Shown here: positions 19,973 through 28,608 of the stretch, piece after piece
How the letters are laid out: every line of letters starts with the position of its first letter
How positions within the stretch are numbered: position 1 is the first letter of the stretch
NCBI GenBank assembly: GCA_964600985.1
Contig: CAZRJR010000001.1
Location: 235,534 to 299,533, forward strand
Direction: 5' to 3'
Length of the DNA stretch: 64,000 nucleotides
Source: an uncultured Candidatus Saccharibacteria bacterium
GTDB taxonomy: Bacteria > Patescibacteriota > Saccharimonadia > CAILAD01 > JADZBC01
Notes under the pieces: model-generated
What the model was told of the DNA's origin: nothing
The model's input: only the letters and a program-made list of their open reading frames with translations
The model's database searches: none
Translations under genes and position numbers: made by a program

Positions 19973-21880
19973 TTACTGAACTTTGTAAATGTAGATCGAG
20001 TCACCAATCCGCTTAATCGGAGTCTTGTCTCGTAGCCACTGGTAGTTGTATGGTCGTGGTCGATACTTCTGGTAAAACAAGTCACTTACTAGGTACGTTT
20101 CAGATACAGCGATGTATTTGGTGTGGGGCTTACCGTAGTCTACGTGCCATTCTATGTATTTTGAGCCACCACAATCATACCCAGATGCATTCCGGATCAG
20201 CTGGCCCGACTTGTCATAGCGACGCTTGCACATATAGTAGTGCATGTCGGCGCCACCAAAGTAGTCTACAGCAATCTTGTCGATGTCGGGATTGTTGTTA
20301 ATGTACGTAGCGAGGCGTTTGGCATCCTGGCCCCAATCTACGTTAGAATCCGACAGGTATTTCGAAGCCTGCGATGAACCACCAAATGCCTCGTTAATGT
20401 AGGGCAGATAGGCCGGGAACTGCAAGAACGCCCCAATCACATACCAAGACATAAGTACGCCAGTTGCAATTGCTACGGCTTGTTTGTGCTTTGGTTTGCC
20501 CGCGTTGTGGTACAAGTCAACCGACTTCTTGGCGACCAGAATGAACACAAATGGCATCATCGGGAAGAGGTGACGAATACCGAGATTTAGATTACCGGTG
20601 ATCGATAAGTAGGAGTAGTAGGCAATAAACAGTAGGCACGTAAGCTCAGTAAAGTGGTCCTGTGCATAGCTACGGAAATTGCTCCATACTTTGAGCGGCG
20701 TTTTGTGCGCGTACCCCACAATTCCTGCACCAAGGGTGGCTAGTATAAGTATGAGCATCGGAAGAGGTGTCTTGAATACAAAGCTTACCGGGAAGTACCA
20801 CACGAAGCTTTGGTTGGTAACATCACCCAGTAAGTAGGTCACGTTACCGCTCTGCACGCGATTAATTACCATGAGTACACCAAGTATGTATTGTATGAGT
20901 GGCTTTAGAATGGCAATGTCGTTGTATTGGGTTAAGTATTTGCCATAGAGGTTATTGTAGCCCGATGGCAGTGAGCTCGTTATGAGCTTGTCTTGCATGC
21001 TGGCGGGCATGTGTAGGGTGTGGGGAATATAAAAGATCCACACCAAGAACATACCAAAGCCAAAAATAGCAGCTAAGCCCAGAGCGTAACCCCAAAAGGC
21101 TGTTTTAAATTCCTTTTTACTTCCTAATGTAGCCAGTTTAATGGCAACCAGGAGCCCAAAGAATGGTACCAGCATAACAGCGGAGAACTTAGCGACTTGA
21201 GCCAAGGCAAAGAACATAACTGCTATAGCTATGCGCTTGGGGGACTTTGGCTGCTTAAGCCAGGCCAGAAAACTCCAAACTGCAAAAAATATGAACGCTG
21301 CGATTCCCAGGTCGGTGGTGACAAAATGATCATGGGCTATAATGTTGGGCGAGAGAGCATAAAGCGTGAGCGCCATGAGTGCAGTAGGTGGCCCGTAGCG
21401 GCGGAGGCAGAATTTGTATATGCCAAAGCCAAGTAGCAAGCCAAGTAAGAGAATGGGCAGTCGGGAGTACAGTAAGATACTGTCGGCGTTATTACCAATG
21501 TGGTATATGAAGTTCCAGCCGGCCTCCCATTGGCCATTAGGGTCAGTAGTCCAGGCCGGAATTGTGTCAGGAAACTTGAGGTGCAAGAACAGGAGCGGAA
21601 AGGCAGCAATGTCTTTAATCAGTGGCGGGTGTTCAGGATTGAGCCGGTAGTCGCCATATTTGAGGTAACTATAACCAGCGGGAATGTGGGCTACCTCGTC
21701 GACTACCGCACTATCGTTCTTGAGTGTAAAAAAGCTTAGGCCAAGCATGAGTGCTAAGATCCCCAGGGCAATCGGCAGGTGGAATCGGTATACAATAGTT
21801 CGTAGCTTAGCTAACATAAGAACCATTATAGCGTATTGCTCGAGCTCGCAATAGCCTTGCGCTATTCGTTCGCCCGCCAT
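19973..21880 (-). CDS. GT-C fold membrane glycosyltransferase (dolichyl-phosphate-mannose protein mannosyltransferase-like)
   Basis: 635-aa polytopic membrane protein with a DE-containing first loop (VVDEVAHIPAGYSY). Confidence 0.55.
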   Translation of the reverse strand: MAGERIAQGYCELEQYAIMVLMLAKLRTIVYRFHLPIALGILALMLGLSFFTLKNDSAVVDEVAHIPAGYSYLKYGDYRLNPEHPPLIKDIAAFPLLFLHLKFPDTIPAWTTDPNGQWEAGWNFIYHIGNNADSILLYSRLPILLLGLLLGFGIYKFCLRRYGPPTALMALTLYALSPNIIAHDHFVTTDLGIAAFIFFAVWSFLAWLKQPKSPKRIAIAVMFFALAQVAKFSAVMLVPFFGLLVAIKLATLGSKKEFKTAFWGYALGLAAIFGFGMFLVWIFYIPHTLHMPASMQDKLITSSLPSGYNNLYGKYLTQYNDIAILKPLIQYILGVLMVINRVQSGNVTYLLGDVTNQSFVWYFPVSFVFKTPLPMLILILATLGAGIVGYAHKTPLKVWSNFRSYAQDHFTELTCLLFIAYYSYLSITGNLNLGIRHLFPMMPFVFILVAKKSVDLYHNAGKPKHKQAVAIATGVLMSWYVIGAFLQFPAYLPYINEAFGGSSQASKYLSDSNVDWGQDAKRLATYINNNPDIDKIAVDYFGGADMHYYMCKRRYDKSGQLIRNASGYDCGGSKYIEWHVDYGKPHTKYIAVSETYLVSDLFYQKYRPRPYNYQWLRDKTPIKRIGDSIYIYKVQ

Positions 21881-21916
21881 ACTGCACTCTGTCGGAAGCG
21901 AGTCATATCTGCTAAA

Positions 21917-22246
21917 ATGAGACTATTAAATGAGGTTATTAGAATGCTCGAAAAAGCAAAGATGGCAGCTCAGGCGCTAAAGATCCAAAAAGAGCTCAAG
22001 CGCTTAACAGCCGAAGCCGAAGCAGGTGATGGCGCCGTACGTGTAGTGGCTGGCGTAAAGATCGACCAAGCATCGTTTAGCATGGAGCTTCGCGAAGTAC
22101 GCATTGACCCCGCTCGGATGGAAGACGCCGACAGAGTTGGTAAATGGGTAGAATCGGCCGTAAACCAAGTGAGTAAGAAGATCATGCAGGAGGTTGCCGA
22201 AAAAATGCAGGCACTTGCAGGAGGTATGAACCTACCTGGTATGTAG
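21917..22246 (+). CDS. ybaB: nucleoid-associated protein YbaB/EbfC
   Basis: ~100-aa conserved YbaB sequence immediately upstream of recR. The 21836 start in the ORF track is an upstream extension. Confidence 0.8.
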   Translation: MRLLNEVIRMLEKAKMAAQALKIQKELKRLTAEAEAGDGAVRVVAGVKIDQASFSMELREVRIDPARMEDADRVGKWVESAVNQVSKKIMQEVAEKMQALAGGMNLPGM

Positions 22247-22860
22247 TGCGTGCAGGAGGGGATACTATGGATATATTGCCGCACAGCGTAGAGCGATTGA
22301 TCGATGAGTTTGCTAAGCTACCGAGCGTGGGGCCTAAGACCGCCGAGCGCCTTACGTTTCATTTGCTTCGCAGTGGGGGCGAGCAACAGTTAGGTGAGGC
22401 TGCTTTGGCGCTCAAGGAGGGGTTGGGCTACTGTAGTAGTTGCCAAAACTTCAGCAGCAGCGAGCTTTGCGCGCTGTGTAGTGACCCGCGACGCGACGAT
22501 AGTGTGTGGGCGGTAGTTTGTCAGCCGCTTGATGTAGTGGCGATCGAGAAAACAGGATTATTTAAAGGCAGATACCATGTGCTGCATGGGGTTATTTCAC
22601 CAGTGGATGGCATTGGCCCTGAGCAACTTAAAATCACCGAGCTTATGGCTAGGGTTGAGGCGGCGCGTCCAAGCGAGATTATTCTAGCTACCAATCCAAA
22701 TATAGAAGGCGAAACCACCGCACTTTATGTGGCCAAGAAGCTCGAACCACTTGGTATTAAAGTCACAAGACTCGCTCACGGACTACCGATAGGCGGAGAC
22801 TTAGAGTATGCCGATCAAATAACATTAGGCCAGGCGATTGATCATCGCCGAGAGTTCTAG
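22246..22860 (+). CDS. recR: recombination protein RecR
   Basis: HhH, C4 zinc finger (CSSCQN...CALC) and Toprim domain. Confidence 0.9.
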   Translation: MRAGGDTMDILPHSVERLIDEFAKLPSVGPKTAERLTFHLLRSGGEQQLGEAALALKEGLGYCSSCQNFSSSELCALCSDPRRDDSVWAVVCQPLDVVAIEKTGLFKGRYHVLHGVISPVDGIGPEQLKITELMARVEAARPSEIILATNPNIEGETTALYVAKKLEPLGIKVTRLAHGLPIGGDLEYADQITLGQAIDHRREF

Positions 22861-22916
22861 GCTCTCCGCGACTAGCAGCCGTGTAATAGTCAGTAATAAT
22901 ACCGTATAATACTCCT

Positions 22917-24284
22917 ATGTTACGTATATACAATTCGCTCTCAAAACAAATAGAAGACTTTAGGCCGATTCAGCCCGGCCACGTGAGTCTATATAGCTGT
23001 GGGCCTACTGTGTACGACCATGCACACATTGGTAACTTACGGTCTTTTATATTTGCCGACCTCCTGCAGCGCGTTCTGCGCCACACAGAGGACTACAAGG
23101 TCACCTGGGTAATGAACATTACCGACATAGACGACAAGATGATCGAGCGGTCTAAGCGTGATTATCCAGATGATGAACCTATGACGGCGCTTGGCAAACT
23201 AGCGGATACTTATACCGATGTATTCATTGAAGACTTAGGGAGAGTTGGTGTAGCGCGAGCTGACATTGCCAAGCTACCGCGCGCTACTGATCATATTGGC
23301 GAGATGCAAACAATTATTCGCCAGTTGCTTGCCGATGGAATTGCCTATGAGGTTGATGGTAGCGTGTACTTTAGTTTGGCCAAATACGAAGCGAGCGGGA
23401 AGAAGTACGGAGTCTTGAGTGATGTCGACTTTAGTGGCCAAGCGCGGATGATAGACGACCAGGATCAAAAAGAAGGTGTGGGTGACTTTGCTCTCTGGAA
23501 GGCTGCCAAGCCAGGTGAGCCGAGCTGGCAGTTTGAGTATGAGGGTAGGCAACTGCCTGGCAGGCCTGGTTGGCACATAGAGTGCTCGGCTATGAGTACC
23601 AAGTATTTAGGACAGGTTTTTGATATTCACACTGGCGGGATTGACTTACGCTTTCCTCACCATACCAACGAGATAGCTCAATGTGGTGGCGAGATGGCAC
23701 ATTACTTTATACACCACGAGTTTTTAAATGTGTCGGGTGGCAAAATGGCTAAATCAGCCGGGAACTTCTACACTCTCACGGATGTGGGCGATGGCATGGC
23801 GTTTAGAATGCTGGTGCTCGCCGCGCACTACCGCAGTAAGATGGATTTTAATAATGAAGCACTGAGTGCTGCTCGCCAGCGGGTCAACGCTCTGCGCGAG
23901 TTTGTCCGTAAGTGCCAATATGCTACTGATTTAACTCAGAATACCGAGGTGATAGATGAGTTCCGACGATCGTTTACAACTGCATTGCGGGACGACCTAA
24001 ATACACCGCAAGCCCTGGCTGCCTTGGCTGCTCTAGAGCGCGATGGTTTGCGCGTAGATGGAAGCGTAGAGGCAGTAGCGTGGGCAGATAGGGTGCTGGG
24101 GCTTGGCCTAGTGAGTGAAGTGAAGCCATTTAGTGATCAAGAACTAGCCTTGCAGCAGTTGCGTACCGAAGCACGACTAAATAACGACTACCAGACTAGT
24201 GATAAACTGCGCGATGAATTACTAAAGCTTGGCGTGGTAGGTGAGGATCTGGCGACTGGTTCGCAATACTGGCGTAGTATTTAG
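22917..24284 (+). CDS. cysS: cysteine--tRNA ligase
   Basis: HIGN and KMAKS (KMSKS) class I motifs. Confidence 0.9.
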   Translation: MLRIYNSLSKQIEDFRPIQPGHVSLYSCGPTVYDHAHIGNLRSFIFADLLQRVLRHTEDYKVTWVMNITDIDDKMIERSKRDYPDDEPMTALGKLADTYTDVFIEDLGRVGVARADIAKLPRATDHIGEMQTIIRQLLADGIAYEVDGSVYFSLAKYEASGKKYGVLSDVDFSGQARMIDDQDQKEGVGDFALWKAAKPGEPSWQFEYEGRQLPGRPGWHIECSAMSTKYLGQVFDIHTGGIDLRFPHHTNEIAQCGGEMAHYFIHHEFLNVSGGKMAKSAGNFYTLTDVGDGMAFRMLVLAAHYRSKMDFNNEALSAARQRVNALREFVRKCQYATDLTQNTEVIDEFRRSFTTALRDDLNTPQALAALAALERDGLRVDGSVEAVAWADRVLGLGLVSEVKPFSDQELALQQLRTEARLNNDYQTSDKLRDELLKLGVVGEDLATGSQYWRSI

Positions 24285-24312
24285 GCATACTCGTAAGAAT
24301 ATGTATAAACAG

Positions 24313-24346
24313 AAAGCCGCCTTCTAAGAAGGCGGCTGACTTGTTT
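24313..24346. terminator. bidirectional rho-independent terminator after cysS
   Basis: AGCCGCCTTC/GAAGGCGGCT 10-bp stem, loop TAA, T-run downstream. Confidence 0.6.
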
Positions 24347-24384
24347 AGAGAAGGGAATCCCTAAACAAGCATGGATTGAGTCGG

Positions 24385-24488
24385 TGGTGAGGGGAGGATT
24401 TGAACCTCCGCGTAGTTTTACGACCCGAAGGCCTTCATCGCTAGGCAGGTTTTCAACCCGCTCCATTCGTCCACTCTGGCACCCCACC
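24385..24488 (-). tRNA. tRNA-like gene, 104 nt, class-II-like (anticodon loop folds as TTGAAAA by hand; identity unresolved)
   Basis: Perfect acceptor stem (GGTGGGG/CCTCACC, one G-U), D-arm with a GG motif, 5-bp anticodon stem, and a canonical T-arm (GGAGG-TTCAAAT-CCTCC). There are 35 nt between the anticodon stem and the T-arm, too long for a normal variable arm. Confidence 0.45.
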
Positions 24489-24505
24489 AGACTCAATTGA
24501 AGGGT

Positions 24506-24587
24506 GGTCAGGATCGGGGTATTCGTCTCCCCAGGACCAGTGCAGTACTAGCCAGGCTAGTAATACGCTGATACCCCGATCCTGACC
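24506..24587. repeat. 17-bp perfect inverted repeat (GGTCAGGATCGGGGTAT / ATACCCCGATCCTGACC) enclosing 48 nt
   Basis: Read directly from the sequence. Lies inside the non-coding tRNA cluster. Confidence 0.8.
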
Positions 24588-24785
24588 TGGCCGCTGCATC
24601 ACGCTCGGATTCGATTCCGAGTAAGATGCTTGATCTCGTGCGCTGCGGCGCGATGGTGGAGTCGCTACCCGATGCCAGTTGCCTGGCGAGTCGGACGACC
24701 CCGAGGACGGTTGCCCATGACCCTGTCTTTGGTCCGACCTTGGCGGGGCCGAGACATGACCATATTTTGTTGACTTCCGTCTTCG

Positions 24786-24860
24786 TCGACCCGAGAGGAT
24801 TTGAACCCCCGACCTCCAGACTAACCGCCTGGCGCTCTGCACAAGCTGAGCTACGGGCCG
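24786..24860 (-). tRNA. tRNA, 75 nt (anticodon tentatively GTT/Asn; atypical D-loop and position 33)
   Basis: Acceptor CGGCCCG/CGGGTCG, D-stem GCTC/GAGC, anticodon stem CCAGG/TCTGG, T-loop TTCAAAT. The D-loop lacks GG and position 33 is G. Confidence 0.45.
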
Positions 24861-25004
24861 TGGGCGAGAAGCGCAGGACGTTACTCCCACAAACTCTCAG
24901 TTCACGTCTGAGCGCTGACTTACAGCTTCTTCTCTGATACTCATCTTTGCTTTTGTGTTCATGCTTTCACGTCGCACATACACTACTAATTCCAATGAGC
25001 CTTG

Positions 25005-25077
25005 TGGGGGCGAGAGGCATCGATCCTCTGACTTCTGGTTCTTCACGCCAGCGCTCTGCCAACTGAGCTACACCCCC
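25005..25077 (-). tRNA. tRNA, 73 nt (anticodon tentatively GAA/Phe; unusual T-loop ATCGATG and a C31-A39 mismatch)
   Basis: Acceptor GGGGGTG/CGCCCCC, canonical D-arm GCTC-AGTTGGCA-GAGC, T-stem AGAGG/CCTCT. Confidence 0.5.
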
Positions 25078-25169
25078 TTGCCTGATCCAGCTTGCCCGTT
25101 CGGACAAAACTTACTCGCGTCACCACGAGCGGCAAGCTGGATCAGAGACGTGTGTAATAATAGCAAATA

Positions 25170-25214
25170 AAAAGCCCCCTGTCAATCACTTGCGTGATCC
25201 TGAAGGGGCTTTTG
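25170..25214. terminator. bidirectional terminator (AAAAGCCCC ... GGGGCTTTT)
   Basis: 9-bp stem with a 26-nt loop, flanked by an A-tract and a T-tract. Lies downstream of the minus-strand DEAD-box helicase. Confidence 0.55.
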
Positions 25215-25226
25215 GCAGATGGCTAC

Positions 25227-26462
25227 TTAGCGAGCTACAAAGGTAAGGGCTTTGCCCTTTTTGCCAGCGCGGCCAGTACGACCGATGCGGTGTACGTAGT
25301 CTTGGTAGGTGTTTGGTTGGTCGAAGTTAATTACGTGGCTTACATTTGGAATGTCGAGCCCACGAGCTGCCACATCGGTAGCCACAAGTACCTTGGCTCG
25401 GTTGTCTTTAAACGCCTTAAGAGCTCGCTGGCGCTGCGGTTGAGTTTTGTTGCCATGGATCGCTTCTGATGCGTGGCCACTACGACTCAAGTCTTCGGCC
25501 AGCTTTTGCACACCCCACTTGGTTTCACCAAATACTAGGACTTTTTCGAACTCAGGCTGGTCGAGAAGCTCTTTGAGTACAGCAAACTTTTCGTCCTTGG
25601 TGTTGGCTCGGATAATGTCTTGCTCTACATGGTCACTCGTTTCGCGGGTACGGACCGAGATGGTTACAGGGTCGCGCAAAAAGTCGTGAATCAGTGATTC
25701 AATTGCCGGCGTAATGGTTGCGCTAAAGCAGAGTGATTGACGCTGTGGTGGCATTTGGCCGACTATAAAGCGGATGTCGGCAATGAACCCCATATCCAGC
25801 ATTTGATCGGCTTCGTCGAGCACCAATATGCTGGTGGCATCGAGCTTTAGGTTGCCTTGCTGAATGTGGTCCTTGAGTCGGCCAGGTGTGCCAATTATCA
25901 CATGCGGCTTGCGACGCAAGTCTTGGACTTGGCGATACATATTCATGCCGCCCACACACAGCGCGCTATATATGCGCATACCCTGAGCAAAGGCACGGAA
26001 CTCGTCATTAATCTGGTTGGCAAGCTCACGGGTTGGCGCCATAATGAGTACGGCTGGCTTAGTATGAATACTTGCAAGTCGTTCGATAATTGGCAGCACA
26101 AAAGCAGCAGTCTTACCGGTGCCAGTATTGGCAAGGCCAATAAGATCCCTGCCTTCTAGAATTGGCGGAATAGCACCGTCTTGGATTGCCGACGGCTGGG
26201 TGTAGCGGCGCATAGCTATGTTACGCTTTAGGGCGTCAGACAACGCGAAATCATTAAAGCTATGCACGGGCACGAAGACTTCTTCCTTAGGCACTACTGT
26301 GACTTTGTTTACAAATTTAGCTGGGTCTATATAGGCGCCCTTTTTGCCGCCGTTGCCATAGCGTCGGCCACCACCACTGTAGCGCTTAGAGCCGCCAAAG
26401 CTTCGATTATTACTAGTACTGCGCCCACGCGAATGTGCAGGGCGTGCATATGATTGGTTCAT
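25227..26462 (-). CDS. DEAD-box ATP-dependent RNA helicase with an RG/GG-rich N-terminus
   Basis: Q-motif, AxTGTGKT, DEAD (VLDEADQMLD), SAT and HRIGRTGR motifs. Confidence 0.9.
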   Translation of the reverse strand: MNQSYARPAHSRGRSTSNNRSFGGSKRYSGGGRRYGNGGKKGAYIDPAKFVNKVTVVPKEEVFVPVHSFNDFALSDALKRNIAMRRYTQPSAIQDGAIPPILEGRDLIGLANTGTGKTAAFVLPIIERLASIHTKPAVLIMAPTRELANQINDEFRAFAQGMRIYSALCVGGMNMYRQVQDLRRKPHVIIGTPGRLKDHIQQGNLKLDATSILVLDEADQMLDMGFIADIRFIVGQMPPQRQSLCFSATITPAIESLIHDFLRDPVTISVRTRETSDHVEQDIIRANTKDEKFAVLKELLDQPEFEKVLVFGETKWGVQKLAEDLSRSGHASEAIHGNKTQPQRQRALKAFKDNRAKVLVATDVAARGLDIPNVSHVINFDQPNTYQDYVHRIGRTGRAGKKGKALTFVAR

Positions 26463-26617
26463 ACTGGCCTTTCGGATTATTATTCTAGCTTGATGAACAG
26501 CGAGAATAATAGTTCCGGAATCGGACACTTGGCTCGGTATTCACCCATGTCATATGTGACAATCTAAATATACTAACACACATAAGCTTTTTTGTCCAGT
26601 ACCAGTAGGGATATCGA

Positions 26618-27289
26618 TCAGCTCTTTTTGCGGCGAACAGTTCGCTTGGCGGCCATATGGAGCCTGGTGCGCTGTTCTTTGTCTTTTAGTATATGAACCA
26701 CTGATGGTAGTACCGAAACACCTACAATGATAATTACGGCTGGCAAAATATATTGATCTACGTTGGGGATTGCGTTGCCTAAAAAGTAGCCGAGCGAAGT
26801 AATGCCTACGGCCCACAGTAAAGCACCGACTAAGTTGTAGACGAGGAACTTACGATAGTGCATATTACCAACTCCGGCTAAAATGGGCGCAAAGGTACGA
26901 ACTACTGGAGTGAAGCGGGCTAGTATGAGTGCCTTGCCACCGTGGCGCTTAAAGAAGTCTTGTGATTTTTTTATGTAGTCTTTGTTAAATACTAACGAAT
27001 CATCTTTTTTAAACACCTTGTCGCCATAGCGATGACCGGTGGCATAACCGACATTGTCACCCAGGACGGCGGCAATGAACACCACAATAAGTAGCACAGG
27101 AAAGTTAAGTACATTTTGCGATGCTAAAAAACCAGCGGTAAAAAGTAGGCTGTCGCCAGGCAGAAACGCCCCGACTAAGAGTCCGGATTCGGCAAACACA
27201 GCAGCAAAGATGCCGATGTAGCCAACTGAGCGAATGAGTGCGGTGAGATCGAAGTTCATAAGAGGTATTATAACACTATTATCCTGCAT
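26618..27289 (-). CDS. DedA/SNARE-associated family membrane protein
   Basis: DedA signature segments (FAESGLLVGAFLPGDSLLFTAGFLA, GKALILARFTPVVRTF). The ORF-track start at 27469 is an unlikely upstream extension. Confidence 0.8.
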   Translation of the reverse strand: MQDNSVIIPLMNFDLTALIRSVGYIGIFAAVFAESGLLVGAFLPGDSLLFTAGFLASQNVLNFPVLLIVVFIAAVLGDNVGYATGHRYGDKVFKKDDSLVFNKDYIKKSQDFFKRHGGKALILARFTPVVRTFAPILAGVGNMHYRKFLVYNLVGALLWAVGITSLGYFLGNAIPNVDQYILPAVIIIVGVSVLPSVVHILKDKEQRTRLHMAAKRTVRRKKS

Positions 27290-27367
27290 GGTATGGCTCG
27301 TGCTTGCAAGATAGGCTCGAATATTTGATAATACCTGAGTCCTGATCTGTCTCGTGCTAGGAGTAAC

Positions 27368-27748
27368 ATGCCAGAAGCAAAAGAGTGGTCGCCCGAGGAA
27401 GATCGTGAGATTGTCTTTGGGAAAGGCTCTCTGTCGGAGATCGCCGTTAGGATTAACAGGACGCCGCAAGCCGTCTATTCAAGGCTCTATGTGATTCGAG
27501 CTGCACTCAAGCAATCGGGTCGTCGTAAGGCAGTAGAAGTTTTGGGTAAGGCAGCACGTAGTAGGAAATATTACGGTTCGTGCTGCCCAAATCCCAAGAA
27601 TCACCGACGTGCGTGGGCACACGAGGAAGAACTGATGATCCTGGACCCTGATAGGCCTTCGGATCATTTACTGGCAGAACGTATCGGTCGGACAGTTCGA
27701 GCCATTCACGATCGACGCACGCTCATCAGATCGCGAGAGGAGGGGTGA
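27368..27748 (+). CDS. small HTH protein (sigma-70 region-4-like helix-turn-helix), GC-rich foreign-like gene
   Basis: SLSEIAVRINRTPQAVYSRLYVIRAALK resembles the region-4/LuxR-type HTH. ~58% GC against a ~49% flank. A terminator hairpin overlaps the stop (27738-27767). Confidence 0.45.
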   Translation: MPEAKEWSPEEDREIVFGKGSLSEIAVRINRTPQAVYSRLYVIRAALKQSGRRKAVEVLGKAARSRKYYGSCCPNPKNHRRAWAHEEELMILDPDRPSDHLLAERIGRTVRAIHDRRTLIRSREEG

Positions 27749-27871
27749 GGCGTCGGCCTCGCCCCTCCGGGCGCAACCCAATAATATGGGTTGTTTTTCA
27801 TTATAACGAGAATCGCCACCTCCAGGCGATGTTAGTCTCGCGCCAGAAGTGGCGAATGGTGTCTGATGGAG

Positions 27872-28498
27872 TCAGGCAGTGTAGGGCTTGGTGATGACCT
27901 GTGGGTGCCCCAGCTTGCTCCGCCAGCGTGCGCCACGGCCCTGGTAGATGAGTAGCAGGCTGAGCCCGTTTCGGGTCCAGGTACCGTAGATCGAGCTGAT
28001 GCTGTCGGTGACCTGCTCGGGCGTGTTCACCCTCTCGGGATGCAGGATGACGCCGACGATTTTCTCCACAGCTTCGATCCAGCTCCAAAGGGGCTGGGTG
28101 ATGAGGTACGCCCATCCATCGGGAACAAACCCTTCTTCGGCGAACATCCTACCCTCGATCGGGATCTTGGTCGTGTCAGACGCGATCTCGATCGCCTTAA
28201 TGGTCCAGGCGATTGTGGCCGTCTGGGGCAGGCGTCGCTGAATGGACGGAGCCAGCTTGTGACCGAGGCCCGGGAGCCACTTAGGCATCATGCCGACGCC
28301 AATGAAGTCCTGCCCAACCGTCCAGAACATGGCTTGGCCGATGAGGGAGAACCCTGCATCAGTTGCCGTTGCGGCCGGCTGCTCCCGCCAACGCCTCAGC
28401 CCGAGGCGAAGATTGCGTGTTGCTTGCTTGTGGACGAGTGGCCAAGCGGCCAGTACGGCAGCCGAAGCCACCAACTTACGGTTTCTACTTGGAGCCAT
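27872..28498 (-). CDS. hypothetical protein, GC-rich foreign-like gene
   Basis: 208-aa ORF with strong GC3 codon bias (atc, acc, gag, ctc) in this frame only. A 16-bp palindrome containing TATAAT sits ~40 bp upstream. Confidence 0.5.
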   Translation of the reverse strand: MAPSRNRKLVASAAVLAAWPLVHKQATRNLRLGLRRWREQPAATATDAGFSLIGQAMFWTVGQDFIGVGMMPKWLPGLGHKLAPSIQRRLPQTATIAWTIKAIEIASDTTKIPIEGRMFAEEGFVPDGWAYLITQPLWSWIEAVEKIVGVILHPERVNTPEQVTDSISSIYGTWTRNGLSLLLIYQGRGARWRSKLGHPQVITKPYTA

Positions 28499-28535
28499 GG
28501 CTCATCCTTATGTAGGCAATAGGACTAACATATAT

Positions 28536-28551
28536 TACAATTATAATTGTA
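28536..28551. promoter_or_regulatory. 16-bp perfect palindrome TACAATTATAATTGTA (candidate operator/-10 region) upstream of the GC-rich minus-strand gene
   Basis: Read directly. TTGACT (reverse complement of 28555-28560) lies 17 nt from a TAATAT on the minus strand. Confidence 0.4.
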
Positions 28552-28559
28552 AAAAGTCA

Positions 28560-28590
28560 ATTAAAAACACCCTGTTGACCAGGGTGTTGG
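28560..28590 (-). terminator. rho-independent terminator of the Spy/CpxP-like gene
   Basis: AACACCCTG-TTGA-CCAGGGTGTT hairpin followed by TTTTTAATT on the minus strand. Confidence 0.6.
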
Positions 28591-28608
28591 TTCATAGTTA
28601 ATGATTCG

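Noticed and set aside
24360-24760. tmRNA (ssrA) hypothesis for the long structured region
   Set aside because: The GGGG 5' end pairing with the 3' acceptor lies only ~100 nt upstream, not ~350. No resume codon or ...LAA-stop tag frame was found on the minus strand. A tRNA-like gene is the better interpretation.
24453-25469. ORFs 24453-24890(-), 24626-24937(+), 24955-25170(+) and 25194-25469(+) in the tRNA cluster and helicase end
   Set aside because: They overlap tRNA genes, terminators and the DEAD-box helicase, and have no coding periodicity.
27290-27469. N-terminal 60 codons of ORF 26618-27469 (DedA)
   Set aside because: The DedA homology begins at the internal MQDNSVII start. The extension would overlap the convergent HTH gene start and is not hydrophobic or conserved-looking.
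27801-28601. Alternative ORFs 27801-28115(-), 27999-28241(+), 28040-28522(+) and 28290-28601(+) in the GC-rich island
   Set aside because: High GC yields open frames on every strand. Only the 27872-28498(-) frame shows consistent GC3 codon bias.
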